Notes under the pieces: model-generated
Database searches by the model: none
What the model saw: only the letters and a program-made list of their open reading frames with translations
Told to the model about the DNA's origin: nothing
NCBI GenBank assembly: GCA_965205505.1
Contig: CBDBHB010000008.1
Span: forward strand, 32,001 to 96,000
DNA length: 64,000 bases
Direction: 5' to 3'
Origin: Acidobacteriota bacterium
GTDB lineage: Bacteria; Acidobacteriota; UBA890; WLXD01
Translations under genes and position numbers: made by a program
Shown here: positions 9,411 to 19,067 of the stretch, one piece after another
How the letters are laid out: each line of letters opens with the position of its first letter
Numbering within the stretch: the stretch's first letter is position 1

Positions 9411-10130
9411 ATGCAACGGATCCTCGTTATCGACGATGATGCCGAGCTCTGCGAGCTGGTGAGCGAGTACGTTCGTGCCGAGGGCTTCGAGGTCGACGCG
9501 GTGCACGATGGCGAGGCCGGCCTCGAGGTAGCGCTTGCCGGCGACTACGCGATGGTGCTCCTCGACGTGATGCTGCCTGGCATCAACGGCTTTGAGATCT
9601 TGCGGCGACTCCGAGCCCATTCCCAGATACCGGTCTTGATGCTCACGGCTCGCGGGGACGACGTCGACCGTATCGTCGGGCTCGAGATGGGAGCCGACGA
9701 TTACCTTCCGAAACCATTCAATCCGCGAGAGCTGGTGGCGCGGATCCGAGCGATTCTGCGCCGCGCAGACGAACGCATGACATCACGTGGGCTTGCCGTC
9801 GAGGTCGGCGACGTACATCTAAACGTCGGCGCGCGCACTGCTCAGCGCGGCGGCGACGAGGTACATCTCACCGCCGTCGAGTTCGAGGTGCTCGAAGAGC
9901 TAATGCGAGCTGCCGGCAAGGTGGTGTCGCGCGAGCATCTCACGCTCGAAGTGCTCGACCGTGAGTACTCCGCCCTGGATCGCAGCATCGACATGCACGT
10001 GAGTAACCTGCGCAAGAAGCTCGGTCCTCGGCACGGCGGCACGGAACGTATCAAAACCGTACGCGGCGTGGGATATATATACACGCTACCCGCGACCCAT
10101 GAAGGGGAAATCGCTCCCTCCGGGAGCTAA
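9411..10130 (+). CDS. OmpR-family response regulator (CpxR-like)
   Basis: ILVIDDD, LLDVMLP, MLTARGDDVDRIVGLEMGADDYLPKPF, winged helix RSIDMHVSNLRKKL...IKTVRGVGY. Confidence 0.95.
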   Translation: MQRILVIDDDAELCELVSEYVRAEGFEVDAVHDGEAGLEVALAGDYAMVLLDVMLPGINGFEILRRLRAHSQIPVLMLTARGDDVDRIVGLEMGADDYLPKPFNPRELVARIRAILRRADERMTSRGLAVEVGDVHLNVGARTAQRGGDEVHLTAVEFEVLEELMRAAGKVVSREHLTLEVLDREYSALDRSIDMHVSNLRKKLGPRHGGTERIKTVRGVGYIYTLPATHEGEIAPSGS

Positions 10131-10134
10131 CGCC

Positions 10135-11514
10135 ATGCACCGACTGTTTATCAAGATCTTCCTATGGTTCTGGCTGGCGATGGCGTTGGTGTGGTCGGCG
10201 TTCTCGCTGCCCACCCAGCTAACCCAGAATGAAGACGTCGTCGACCGGTTTCGGGCACTCACCGGACAACGGCTGGTGCTCGCCGGACGAGTGGCGGTCA
10301 GTTTGGGTCGCCGATCGGATGAGGCAGTCGCTCAGTTCATGTCGGATCTAGAAGAGGAGGGTGCGCCCTACCCCTTCGTGTTCGATGTCGAGCTCAACGA
10401 GGTAACCGGGCGGTTGGCGCCCGAGGAAGCACGGGCGACGGCGGCCGAGGCTTTCGACAACGGGGTCGTTCACGGCGGGTTCAGTGGCTCCGGCCCCTAC
10501 GCCGGACGCTCGTTCGTGGATCGCAACGACAATACCTATACGGTCGTGCAGCGCCTCCCGAGCCGTCTCGACCTGCCGCCACCCAGCGTGCTGCCCATCG
10601 TCATCCGATGGTTGGCCGTGCTGCTGACGTCGGGCCTGGTTTGCTACGCGATGGCGCGCTACACGCTGTCGCCGGTCAGCACGCTCAGCGCCGCAACCCG
10701 GCGCTTTGCGGAAGGCGAGCTCGACACACGTGTGAGCGGCGATCTCGGCGGGCGCCGTGACGAGCTTGCCGCCCTGGGGCGCGACTTCGACGATATGGCC
10801 GAGCGAATCGGCACGCTGCTAGAGAGCCAACGACAGCTCCTCAGCGACATCTCTCACGAGCTACGCTCGCCACTTGCGCGACTGTACGTTGCGCTGGGCC
10901 TGGCGCGCCGTCAAAGCGACGATTCAGCGGCAAATGCGCTCGACCGCATCGAGCAGGAGACCGAGCGACTCAACGAGCTGATCGGCCAGTTGCTGGCGTT
11001 GACCCGCTTGCAAGACCCCGAGTCACTCGCCGATCGGCAGCCGGTGGATCTTGTCGCCCTGGTTCGCGCGGTGATCGATGACGCCGACTACGAAGCCCGA
11101 GAGTGCGGCAAGTCAGTGCAGCTCGATATCGCCGGAGCCTGTACTACGCGAGGGTTCGAGGAGCTGTTGCGGCGCGCCATCGAGAACGTGGTGCGCAATG
11201 CGATTCGCTATACGCCACCCGGATCAGCAGTGCAGGCGTCGCTCAGCGTCGCCCAGAACAACGGTTCTACGGAGGCGACGATCCACGTGCGCGATCACGG
11301 GCCGGGCGTACCCGACGACGAGCTCGACCGCCTGTTCCAACCGTTCTATCGGGTGGGCTCGGCGCGCGACCGAGAGCGCGGCGGCACCGGCTTGGGGCTG
11401 TCGATCAGTCAGCGAGCCGTGCGGGCCCACGGTGGCACAATCAGCGCTACCAACCCCGACGATGGTGGTGTCCTCATAGAGATCAAATTGCCGGCGTCGA
11501 CCGACCGCGCCTAG
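10135..11514 (+). CDS. Sensor histidine kinase (CpxA-like, HAMP)
   Basis: LFIKIFLWFW TM, HAMP, DISHELRSPL H-box, [19 protein letters not shown]. Confidence 0.95.
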   Translation: MHRLFIKIFLWFWLAMALVWSAFSLPTQLTQNEDVVDRFRALTGQRLVLAGRVAVSLGRRSDEAVAQFMSDLEEEGAPYPFVFDVELNEVTGRLAPEEARATAAEAFDNGVVHGGFSGSGPYAGRSFVDRNDNTYTVVQRLPSRLDLPPPSVLPIVIRWLAVLLTSGLVCYAMARYTLSPVSTLSAATRRFAEGELDTRVSGDLGGRRDELAALGRDFDDMAERIGTLLESQRQLLSDISHELRSPLARLYVALGLARRQSDDSAANALDRIEQETERLNELIGQLLALTRLQDPESLADRQPVDLVALVRAVIDDADYEARECGKSVQLDIAGACTTRGFEELLRRAIENVVRNAIRYTPPGSAVQASLSVAQNNGSTEATIHVRDHGPGVPDDELDRLFQPFYRVGSARDRERGGTGLGLSISQRAVRAHGGTISATNPDDGGVLIEIKLPASTDRA

Positions 11515-11578
11515 TCACATCTGGCAAACCCGTGCAGCGCCCTTGCTGTCGCCTGGCCCGGTGCCCGCCGCGACGTAC

Positions 11579-11914
11579 CTATAGAACCACCGTGCGCAGG
11601 ATCGTCGTGACGAGTGCGATCACCACGGCTCCGAGGATGGCTGGAATCCAGCCGTCGATCTGGAATCCCTTCACGAGGGCCGAAGTGAGCATCAACAACA
11701 CCGCGCTGACGACGAAAGTGAACAATCCGAGCGTCATGAGGTTGAGCGGCAGCGCCAGCAGCATCAACAACGGCCACAAGGCCGCGTTGGCGAGCCCCAG
11801 CACCATGGCCGCGATCAGCGCAGTGCCGAAGTCCCGCACTTTGAAGCCCGGAACGATGTAGGTGGTTGCCAGGAGAGCCCCAGCGCTGATGAGCCACAGA
11901 ACAAGGAGCCGCAT
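11579..11914 (-). CDS. YvlD-like 4-TM membrane protein (phage holin family IV)
   Basis: IVPGFKV..FGTALIAA.VLGLANA...LPL...TLGLF.FVV. Confidence 0.85.
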   Translation of the reverse strand: MRLLVLWLISAGALLATTYIVPGFKVRDFGTALIAAMVLGLANAALWPLLMLLALPLNLMTLGLFTFVVSAVLLMLTSALVKGFQIDGWIPAILGAVVIALVTTILRTVVL

Positions 11915-11965
11915 GAAACGGTGCCTCCGTGTGGAGTTACGTTCAGTTGTGCCGTCCGGGCGCGT

Positions 11966-12400
11966 TCAATTTATCCACTGGAAGAACTCCACCGTATAGC
12001 CGCCCGGGTCGCGCACCAGGAAGGCGCGTACGGGAACGTTGGCGGAATCTGCCGGGTTACTAAGAATCTCGACCCCGGCCCGGCTCAGGAGCTCATGCCA
12101 GGCATCGACGTCCGTAGTGACGAAGCTGAGCATGACCGCGTTGTCATCGCGCGACCGATGCGCGCCACGGCTCTCGTCGACGATCCCCACCGAGGCTGTC
12201 GGCGTGATCGCGAAGATCCTCACCCACCCCTGATCGAAGGTTGGCCGGAGCTGCAAAACGCCCTCGTAGAAGCTCGCGGCGGCCTCGAGGTCAGCGTAGT
12301 ACAGAAACGTGACCTGCGAATCGATGGGCGGCGGTGGCGGCACCGGCGCTTGCGGGAGCAGGGCGGCGAGCAGTAGGGCCCACGAGATTGCGGTGGTCAT
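11966..12400 (-). CDS. Exported VOC/glyoxalase family protein
   Basis: TFLYYADLEAAASFYEGVL...AFLVRDPGGYTVEFFQ; N-terminal signal-like segment. Confidence 0.85.
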   Translation of the reverse strand: MTTAISWALLLAALLPQAPVPPPPPIDSQVTFLYYADLEAAASFYEGVLQLRPTFDQGWVRIFAITPTASVGIVDESRGAHRSRDDNAVMLSFVTTDVDAWHELLSRAGVEILSNPADSANVPVRAFLVRDPGGYTVEFFQWIN

Positions 12401-12483
12401 CGTTCCTCCCTTGGCGAGCAGGCGCTCAGGACCCCTGCACAGCATTGCACCCGGAGCCGTTCGACGTCAGCATCGCACCGGTA

Positions 12484-13425
12484 TCAGAGCCCCGGCAAGC
12501 GCACCGACTCCGGGTCGCTCGGAAGGGCGATGATCGTCCCGCGCTCGCCATCGACAATCTCCTTCAGCTCGCTCAAAGAGCCAATCGCCGCCGTGCCCCC
12601 GGCAAGCTCGGCGAACCGGCAAGCCGCCTCGACCTTCGGTCCCATCGAGCCGGCGCTGAAGCTCTCGTGCAGCAACTCTTCTGGCGTCGCTCGCCGGATG
12701 GCCTCCGCCTGCGGCGTTGCCCATCCCCGATACACAGCATCAACGTCGGTGGCCATGACCAGCATGTCGGCGTTGAGCTCAACTGCCAGCAGAGCGCTGG
12801 CAAGATCCTTGTCGATGACGACCTCGGCACCACCTAGCTTCCCCTCCTCGTCATACATCGTCGGGATACCACCCCCACCGGTGCAGACGACGATCACCCC
12901 CTGCTCCACGAGCCAGCGAATCGGACGGATCTGGAAGATGTGCTGCGGTCGCGGCGACGGCACCACGCGCCGCCAGCCGGCGCCATCGGGAGCCACCGTC
13001 CAGTCGCGCTCGGCTGCAAGTCGCTTTGCCTCGGCCTCGTCATACATGGGGCCGATCGGTTTGGTCGGATGATCGAACGCCGGATCCTCCGGATCGACCT
13101 GGACCATCGTGAGAATAGTGGCGAAGGGTTGTTCGTACGGCAGCAGATTTCCCAGCTCCTGTTCGATCAGGTACCCGATCATGCCTTCGGTCTGGGCGCC
13201 AAGCACATCCAGGGGGAAGGCTTCGACGGCATCATAGGCATCGGCCTGCAACGCCAGCAGACCCACTTGCGGCCCGTTGCCGTGCGAGATTACGAGCTGG
13301 TGCTCCTTCGCCACGGGCGCCAGGGCAGCCGCCGCCAGCCGGACGTTGAGTCGCTGCTGCGCGCTGCTCACCGGCTCGCCGCGGCGCAGGAGGGCGTTGC
13401 CGCCGAGCGCCACTACGATACGCAT
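12484..13425 (-). CDS. arcC: Carbamate kinase
   Basis: [40 protein letters not shown]. Confidence 0.95.
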   Translation of the reverse strand: MRIVVALGGNALLRRGEPVSSAQQRLNVRLAAAALAPVAKEHQLVISHGNGPQVGLLALQADAYDAVEAFPLDVLGAQTEGMIGYLIEQELGNLLPYEQPFATILTMVQVDPEDPAFDHPTKPIGPMYDEAEAKRLAAERDWTVAPDGAGWRRVVPSPRPQHIFQIRPIRWLVEQGVIVVCTGGGGIPTMYDEEGKLGGAEVVIDKDLASALLAVELNADMLVMATDVDAVYRGWATPQAEAIRRATPEELLHESFSAGSMGPKVEAACRFAELAGGTAAIGSLSELKEIVDGERGTIIALPSDPESVRLPGL

Positions 13426-13537
13426 GCGGGTTTCCGGGGCACGCGTCGTCTCAACAGGCCACTAGTGCGATCGGTCATAGCGTGGCTGGCGCCGGGAGGC
13501 CCGCATCCGGCGGCTCGGCGGCAGGCGCCCGCCGTGA

Positions 13538-14278
13538 TCAGCTCCCCGCCAGTTGGTCGAGGATCTCGCGTAGCTTCGCCTGAATTCGGCGGACGTTCTG
13601 CGGCCCCATGCGTAGCAAGTGTTTCTGCGGCAGGCTCAGTCCCTCCAGCGCGTCGTCGCGATACGTCAGACGCCCGACCGCATCGACCAGCTCGGGAGGG
13701 TCATCGACCACTGGTGTTGCCAGCAATGCACCGAATGCTTGTCGCAGACGCGGCTCGAAAGGGCGCTCCTCGCCGATCAGCTCTGTGTACGCGGCGTCTG
13801 CCAGCAACTCGACGCGCCGAAATGCGCTGACGGCAGCGCGCGCATCGAGGTCTGCGAGCGCCACCCCGACGGAGTCGTAGCGCCGGTAGCTGCCGGGATC
13901 CATGTACCAGGCATCGTCCCGATAGAGCGCATCGAAAGGCTGCTCGGGCGCCAGGAACGACAGGTGCCTTCCTGGGCTCTCACCGCTGGCCACAGCGTCG
14001 ACGACGGCAACGAAGCGTCGCATCACGTCCGAATCCTCGAGCGCCTTGGCGAGCAGCGGAGCCAGTCCGAGCATGGACGTGGCGCGGCGCACGATGTCGT
14101 CGCTGCCATCGAGCGCTGGCAAAGGCGGTTCCGGCTCCGCGATCGGCAGCGGCACAGTCAACGACTCGACGACGGCCGCCGGCTCTTCGACCGGCGGCTC
14201 TTCGCCGCCGCGGAAGTACCATACGGCGGCCACAATAAGCAGAATTACCGCAGCGGCGATCAGTGCGGGACGTTGCAC
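13538..14278 (-). CDS. DUF3014 family membrane-anchored protein
   Basis: LPALDGSD, SYRRYD, LEGLS..QK.LLRMGP.N.R.I.AKL. Confidence 0.85.
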   Translation of the reverse strand: MQRPALIAAAVILLIVAAVWYFRGGEEPPVEEPAAVVESLTVPLPIAEPEPPLPALDGSDDIVRRATSMLGLAPLLAKALEDSDVMRRFVAVVDAVASGESPGRHLSFLAPEQPFDALYRDDAWYMDPGSYRRYDSVGVALADLDARAAVSAFRRVELLADAAYTELIGEERPFEPRLRQAFGALLATPVVDDPPELVDAVGRLTYRDDALEGLSLPQKHLLRMGPQNVRRIQAKLREILDQLAGS

Positions 14279-14364
14279 GACGGACCTCCAGGATCTCGAG
14301 AACGCTACTTCATCCTACACGAGCTCCCACAGCTTGCGCCGGAAACGCGCCCGCCGCCCCGCGT

Positions 14365-15303
14365 CTACCTCGAGCTCTTCAGGAAACGTAGAAACTCCCC
14401 ATTGGTGCCGAGCAGCATCGTCGTATCCTGTCTCAGTGTCTGCTGATATACCTCCAGCGTCTTGACGAACCGATAGAAATCGGCGTCGCGGTTGTACGCC
14501 TGGGCGTACACATCGGCGGCCGTGGCGTCGGCGGTTCCCATGATCTCCTGCGCCTGGCGATACGCTCCCGAGCTGATCGTACGCAGCTCACGTTCCTTTT
14601 CGCCGCTGATCCGCGCCGCCTCTCCGGCGCCCTCCGATCGAAACTGCTCGGCAATTCGCAGCCGCTCCGAGATCATGCGGTTGTATACCTCGCGCCGCAC
14701 TTCCTCGACATAGTTGATGCGCTTGAAGCGAAAGTCGAGGATCTCGATCCCCAGATCGGACGTCCGCCCCTGCGCCGCGGCCAGGACCTCGGACGCCAAC
14801 ATATCTCGGCCGGACTCGATATCCGCCACCGTCTCGCCCTCGGCGATGGCACCGAGCTCGTCGCCCGCCGCGATGTCGCGGTTGGTACTACGCACCACCT
14901 CGATCAGGTCGTGGTTGGCGATCGTGTTGCGGGTCTCGCCGTCGAGAATGTCGTCCAGGCGCGACTGGGCACCACGCTCGTCGCGAAGCCGCTGGAAGAA
15001 CAACAGAGGGTCAGTGATATGCCATCGCGCATAGGTATCGACGTGGATGAAGCGCTTGTCGCGCGTCGGCAGCTGGTTGCTGTCGCCGTCCCACTCCAGA
15101 AACATCTTGTTGAAGAAATTCGCCGTCTGGATGAACGGCAGCTTGTAGTGCAGCCCGGGTGTATCCACCGCATCACCGACCGGCGAGCCGAACTGGGTGA
15201 TGACCACTTGCTGAGTCTCGTCGACGACATAGACAGCCCCGCTGAACGCCAAAACGGCTGCGACCAACAGGATTCCGAGTAACACCATTCCTGTCTGCTT
15301 CAT
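14365..15303 (-). CDS. hflC: FtsH modulator HflC
   Basis: SPFH domain; PGLHYKLPFIQ, VYNRMISER..IAEQFRSEG. Confidence 0.95.
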   Translation of the reverse strand: MKQTGMVLLGILLVAAVLAFSGAVYVVDETQQVVITQFGSPVGDAVDTPGLHYKLPFIQTANFFNKMFLEWDGDSNQLPTRDKRFIHVDTYARWHITDPLLFFQRLRDERGAQSRLDDILDGETRNTIANHDLIEVVRSTNRDIAAGDELGAIAEGETVADIESGRDMLASEVLAAAQGRTSDLGIEILDFRFKRINYVEEVRREVYNRMISERLRIAEQFRSEGAGEAARISGEKERELRTISSGAYRQAQEIMGTADATAADVYAQAYNRDADFYRFVKTLEVYQQTLRQDTTMLLGTNGEFLRFLKSSR

Positions 15304-16328
15304 TGGCTTGGCTCCTGGCTAGCGATCGCCGCCGGGAGCGCCGGTTGCATAAGCCCCCCCTGGAGGTTGAGCAGCGGCAGGAGCCCGTCGATGTCCTGGT
15401 CGATGATCACCTTCTGCCGGATGGATGGCAGCAAGTCGAGCATGGTCTCGAGGTACAGGCGACGGCGCGTGACCTCCGGCGCCCGGCGGTACGCTTCGTA
15501 CACCGCCAGGAAGCGGGCCGCGTCGCCTTCGGCGCGGTTCACCCGGTCGACCGCATAGCCCTGAGCCTGCTCCACGGCCCGCAACGCCTCACCGCGGGCG
15601 GCGGGAACCTCGCGATTAAACTGCGCCCGCGCGTCGTTGATCATACGCTCGCGCTCCTGCTGCGCCTGATTGACCTCGTTGAACGATGGCCGTACCGGAT
15701 CCGGTGGGTTGACGTCTTGGAGAACGATCTGCTCGACGCGAATGCCGGTCTCGTACTGGTCGCACATCTCCTGCAATCGTCGCTCCACCTCCGACGCGAT
15801 CTCCTGGCGCCCAATGGTCAGCACCTCGGTGACGCTGCGGTCACCCACCACGGTTCGCATCACGGTCTCGTTCATGTCTCGGAAGGTTTCCGTGATGTTT
15901 CGAACTTTGAACATGTAGAGGTACGGGTCGGACACTCGGTATTGCGTCGTCCACTCGACCACGGCGACGTTGAGATCGCCGGTAAGCATGGCCGACTCCT
16001 CGGCCACCGAATCGAACTGCGACCTGACATCGGCGCTCACGGTGCGGAAGCCGAACTCCTGTTTCAGCTGCCGCTGCACCGGCACCTTCCATACCACCTG
16101 AATTGGCGCAGGCAGCTTGAAATGCAACCCCGGCTCGTTCGACGATGTGTACTCGCCGAACGTCAAGATCACCCCGACTTCCTCGGGGGACACCGTATAG
16201 ACGGTGCTCCACAACAGCACTAGACCAATGATGACGGCGGGAATCAGCGCCATCATTCGACCCGATAATTGGATATTGGGCGGGCGGAACTCGCCCACCT
16301 TCAGATTGCCGAAATCACCACGTTCCAT
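15300..16328 (-). CDS. hflK: FtsH modulator HflK
   Basis: MLTGDLN, LQDVNPPDPV..SFNEV, APEVTRRRLYLETM. Confidence 0.95.
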   Translation of the reverse strand: MERGDFGNLKVGEFRPPNIQLSGRMMALIPAVIIGLVLLWSTVYTVSPEEVGVILTFGEYTSSNEPGLHFKLPAPIQVVWKVPVQRQLKQEFGFRTVSADVRSQFDSVAEESAMLTGDLNVAVVEWTTQYRVSDPYLYMFKVRNITETFRDMNETVMRTVVGDRSVTEVLTIGRQEIASEVERRLQEMCDQYETGIRVEQIVLQDVNPPDPVRPSFNEVNQAQQERERMINDARAQFNREVPAARGEALRAVEQAQGYAVDRVNRAEGDAARFLAVYEAYRRAPEVTRRRLYLETMLDLLPSIRQKVIIDQDIDGLLPLLNLQGGLMQPALPAAIASQEPSQ

Positions 16329-16719
16329 GTCCGGGCTCCTTTGCACACGTGGACAGAGACACTTCCACTACGGCTTGCTGGGGTCTGCGTCAAGACACTA
16401 GGGTATCGCGTATAGCAGGCCGTGGTGAAAGTGTGGTGGGTCTGGTTACGGCGAGTTGGGGCCAGATGCAAGGCGGCCTGACACTGGCGATGCCCTAGCC
16501 ATCGTCGAGGAAGGCCAACGCCGCAAGTGGCCCCAAATCGCCGTAACCCTTCGGGCGACAGGGGGTTGCGCGCGTATGCTGCGTCGTTCCTCGTCAACGA
16601 TGGCGTAACCATCGCCTCCTTCTCTCTCCTTGCCTCCACTTCGCAAGACCCTGTCGCCAGACCCACCACACTTTCACCACGGCCTGCTAGACGCGCACCG
16701 ACCACGTTGCCCACAGAGT

Positions 16720-18483
16720 TCATCCGTCTACCCGGAACGCGAGCATCATGCCAGCGTGCAGATGCTCGGCGATGTGGCAGTGGAGCATCCAGTCGCCGGG
16801 GTTGGTAACGTCGACGAGAAGATCCATCGTCGAGGCAACCGGCACGATCGTGGTGTCCTTCCAGACCAGGTTCGGATTGGCCACGCCGTCCATCTCGAGC
16901 ACCAGATAGCGCTGTCCGTGAATGTGGATCGGATGGTTCATCGGGTGTAGGGGTTCCGGATCGTTGAAGATCCGGATCTTGACGACGTCGCCAACCTGGA
17001 AAGTCCACTCGATGTCCATGTTCTCGAGCCCGGTGGCGCGATCGCGCAAGATCCACCGGATCTCGTTACCGGTCGCCAGCCAGTTCATCATCGGCATGGT
17101 GTCGTTCCATTCCATGGGCGGGGAGTAGAGCCCCCTCTCGAACTCCATGGAGAGAATGATCGGCAGCGGCAACTCACCGACCTCGAGGCTGAGCTCTAGC
17201 TCATAGTCCGGGGAGCGCGAGAAGTGCGGGCGGAACGCTTCGATATCGGCCTGGACATCGCGGTTCTCACGCAAGATCGCGAACTCGGTGCTCAGATCGG
17301 GCTCGGCGCCGGCGTCGGCGACGTGCACCATCCCGAGATGGTCCACGTGCGGATAGAACTCGCCGCGAAAGTGGTTGATGGCCTGTACGGTGTTCTCGAT
17401 CGGCACGTCACCAGGCTCGCCGAAGCGCACCTCCACAACGTAGCGCTCAGCGGGCGCAATCGGCACGCTCGTCACCCATTCCTCGCGCTCGAACTTACCC
17501 AAGTCGGACGCCACGACCTTGATCGGCGCTCCCCCGAACGTGACATTGAACGTGCGTGAGTTGGCCACGTTTGTCAGGTAGAAACGGACCACTTCACCCC
17601 GCGCCACCTCGAGGCTGTAGTCGGTGCTGCCGTTGACCAGCATGACGTTGCCGAAGCGGCCCATCAGGGTGTGCGTTGGCTCCTCCTCGCCCCAAGGGAT
17701 GATGCCGTGCGCATCGATCAGGATGTCATCGAGAATAAGAAACTCCTCGCGATGCGCCGCACCGTAGTAGTCGGGATCGGCGGACACGGCCAGCAAGTTG
17801 CCGTACAGACCCAGATCCTGCTGGATGTCCTCGCGCAAGTGAGGGTGATACCAGAACACGCCCGCGTCGGCGAAGTACACCTCGTAGCGGAACGTCTGGC
17901 CTGTACGCACCGGAGCCTGGGTCAGGTCGGCGACACCGTCGAACCGGTTGTCGAGCCGGAGACCGTGCCAGTGCACGGTGGTTGGCATAGGGATCTCGTT
18001 GCGGAACAACACCGTAACGGTCGCCCCGGCTGGCGCTCTCAACATGGGCCCCGGGTACTGGCCATTGTAGCCGAACATCAGGTACTCCCGGCCGTTGATC
18101 TGGCGCCGCACGATCGACGCGGTGAGCTCGATCTCATCGCCGTCTGCCAGATCCATCAGCTCACGTGGACGCGCCACGGGAAAATCCGTCACATCGGCGC
18201 CATGCGCCGGGATGAAGGGCTTGACGCTCGGCGTCGCCGCCTCCAATCCAGGCATCATCGGCATGTTGGAGTCCATCGGCGGCATGCGCCACGCCAGCGC
18301 ATCCCCGGTCGGGGCCATGCCCTCCATCATGTGCTGCTGATGCGACATCTCCTGCTGTGGAGGAGTCGGTTTCGCGGCCTCGCCCTGCTGCGAAACAGCC
18401 GTGCCTCCGCCGCCCACGATCAACAAGGCCACGAGCGCCCAAGCGGCGCGGCGGCGCGGCGTCAATAGCCGTACGTAGTGCAT
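16720..18483 (-). CDS. Three-domain multicopper oxidase with Met/His-rich N-terminus
   Basis: HWHG, WYHPH, HPIHIHG, HCHIAEHLHAGM copper ligands; MSHQQHMMEGM...MPPMDSNMPMM; RRR plus hydrophobic signal peptide. Confidence 0.95.
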   Translation of the reverse strand: MHYVRLLTPRRRAAWALVALLIVGGGGTAVSQQGEAAKPTPPQQEMSHQQHMMEGMAPTGDALAWRMPPMDSNMPMMPGLEAATPSVKPFIPAHGADVTDFPVARPRELMDLADGDEIELTASIVRRQINGREYLMFGYNGQYPGPMLRAPAGATVTVLFRNEIPMPTTVHWHGLRLDNRFDGVADLTQAPVRTGQTFRYEVYFADAGVFWYHPHLREDIQQDLGLYGNLLAVSADPDYYGAAHREEFLILDDILIDAHGIIPWGEEEPTHTLMGRFGNVMLVNGSTDYSLEVARGEVVRFYLTNVANSRTFNVTFGGAPIKVVASDLGKFEREEWVTSVPIAPAERYVVEVRFGEPGDVPIENTVQAINHFRGEFYPHVDHLGMVHVADAGAEPDLSTEFAILRENRDVQADIEAFRPHFSRSPDYELELSLEVGELPLPIILSMEFERGLYSPPMEWNDTMPMMNWLATGNEIRWILRDRATGLENMDIEWTFQVGDVVKIRIFNDPEPLHPMNHPIHIHGQRYLVLEMDGVANPNLVWKDTTIVPVASTMDLLVDVTNPGDWMLHCHIAEHLHAGMMLAFRVDG

Positions 18484-19067
18484 GGCTCGAGCTGGAACGG
18501 GCCGTGTCCCGCCATCGTATGCATGCGTCCAGACCGCGACATACCGCGAGCAACGATCGGCCCGCTCCAACGCGGTCTCGCCTCGTCATCCGGCTCCAAC
18601 GTGACCACCACCAGGAACTTGTTCCAGGTGGTCTGGCCACCGATGGCGCCGCCCGCATCCAGCCTTCCAAGTCGTTTGACCTGGTCCAACGAGGCGGTCG
18701 TCAACCACGCGATGTACACGCCTGTGGGCTGCGTGTTGAGTCCCTGCAACTGCAAGTCCACGTTGTAGATGTACTCCCCCGTTGAACCTACGGCGATCCC
18801 GAACGGGGACCGCGCGAAGCTGACGTTCCCAACGCCGCTGGCGCTGCGAGCGCCGGGAACACGTCGTGTCGACACGAGCTCGATGGCGTAGTAGGCAGGC
18901 GGCGCAGCGGGCTCGCCCAGCCACCGCGCGCTGCAGACGCCGGGAGCCACCACCAACGGCCTCGCCCAACCCTCGCCTGGTAATAGCATCGTCGACCCGA
19001 GGCTCATTACCAGCGCCGTCACCAGCAGGGGGCCTGCCACCAGACAGGGTGGGCGCGGACAACCCAT
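18462..19067 (-). CDS. Exported hypothetical protein (RskA C-terminal-like pattern, Met/His/Cys tail)
   Basis: Signal-like N-terminus; GVYIAWL..LGRL..FLVVVTLEP..WSGPIV.RG; tail MHTMAGHG...C; TGATG overlap with the upstream gene. Confidence 0.7.
   Translation of the reverse strand: MGCPRPPCLVAGPLLVTALVMSLGSTMLLPGEGWARPLVVAPGVCSARWLGEPAAPPAYYAIELVSTRRVPGARSASGVGNVSFARSPFGIAVGSTGEYIYNVDLQLQGLNTQPTGVYIAWLTTASLDQVKRLGRLDAGGAIGGQTTWNKFLVVVTLEPDDEARPRWSGPIVARGMSRSGRMHTMAGHGPFQLEPCTTYGY

Noticed and set aside
16385-16401. Sequence similar to the MITE end (reverse complement CTAGTGTCTTGACGCAG) upstream of hflK
   Set aside because: 14/17 match with no partner end or hairpin module; may be chance or simply a -35 element
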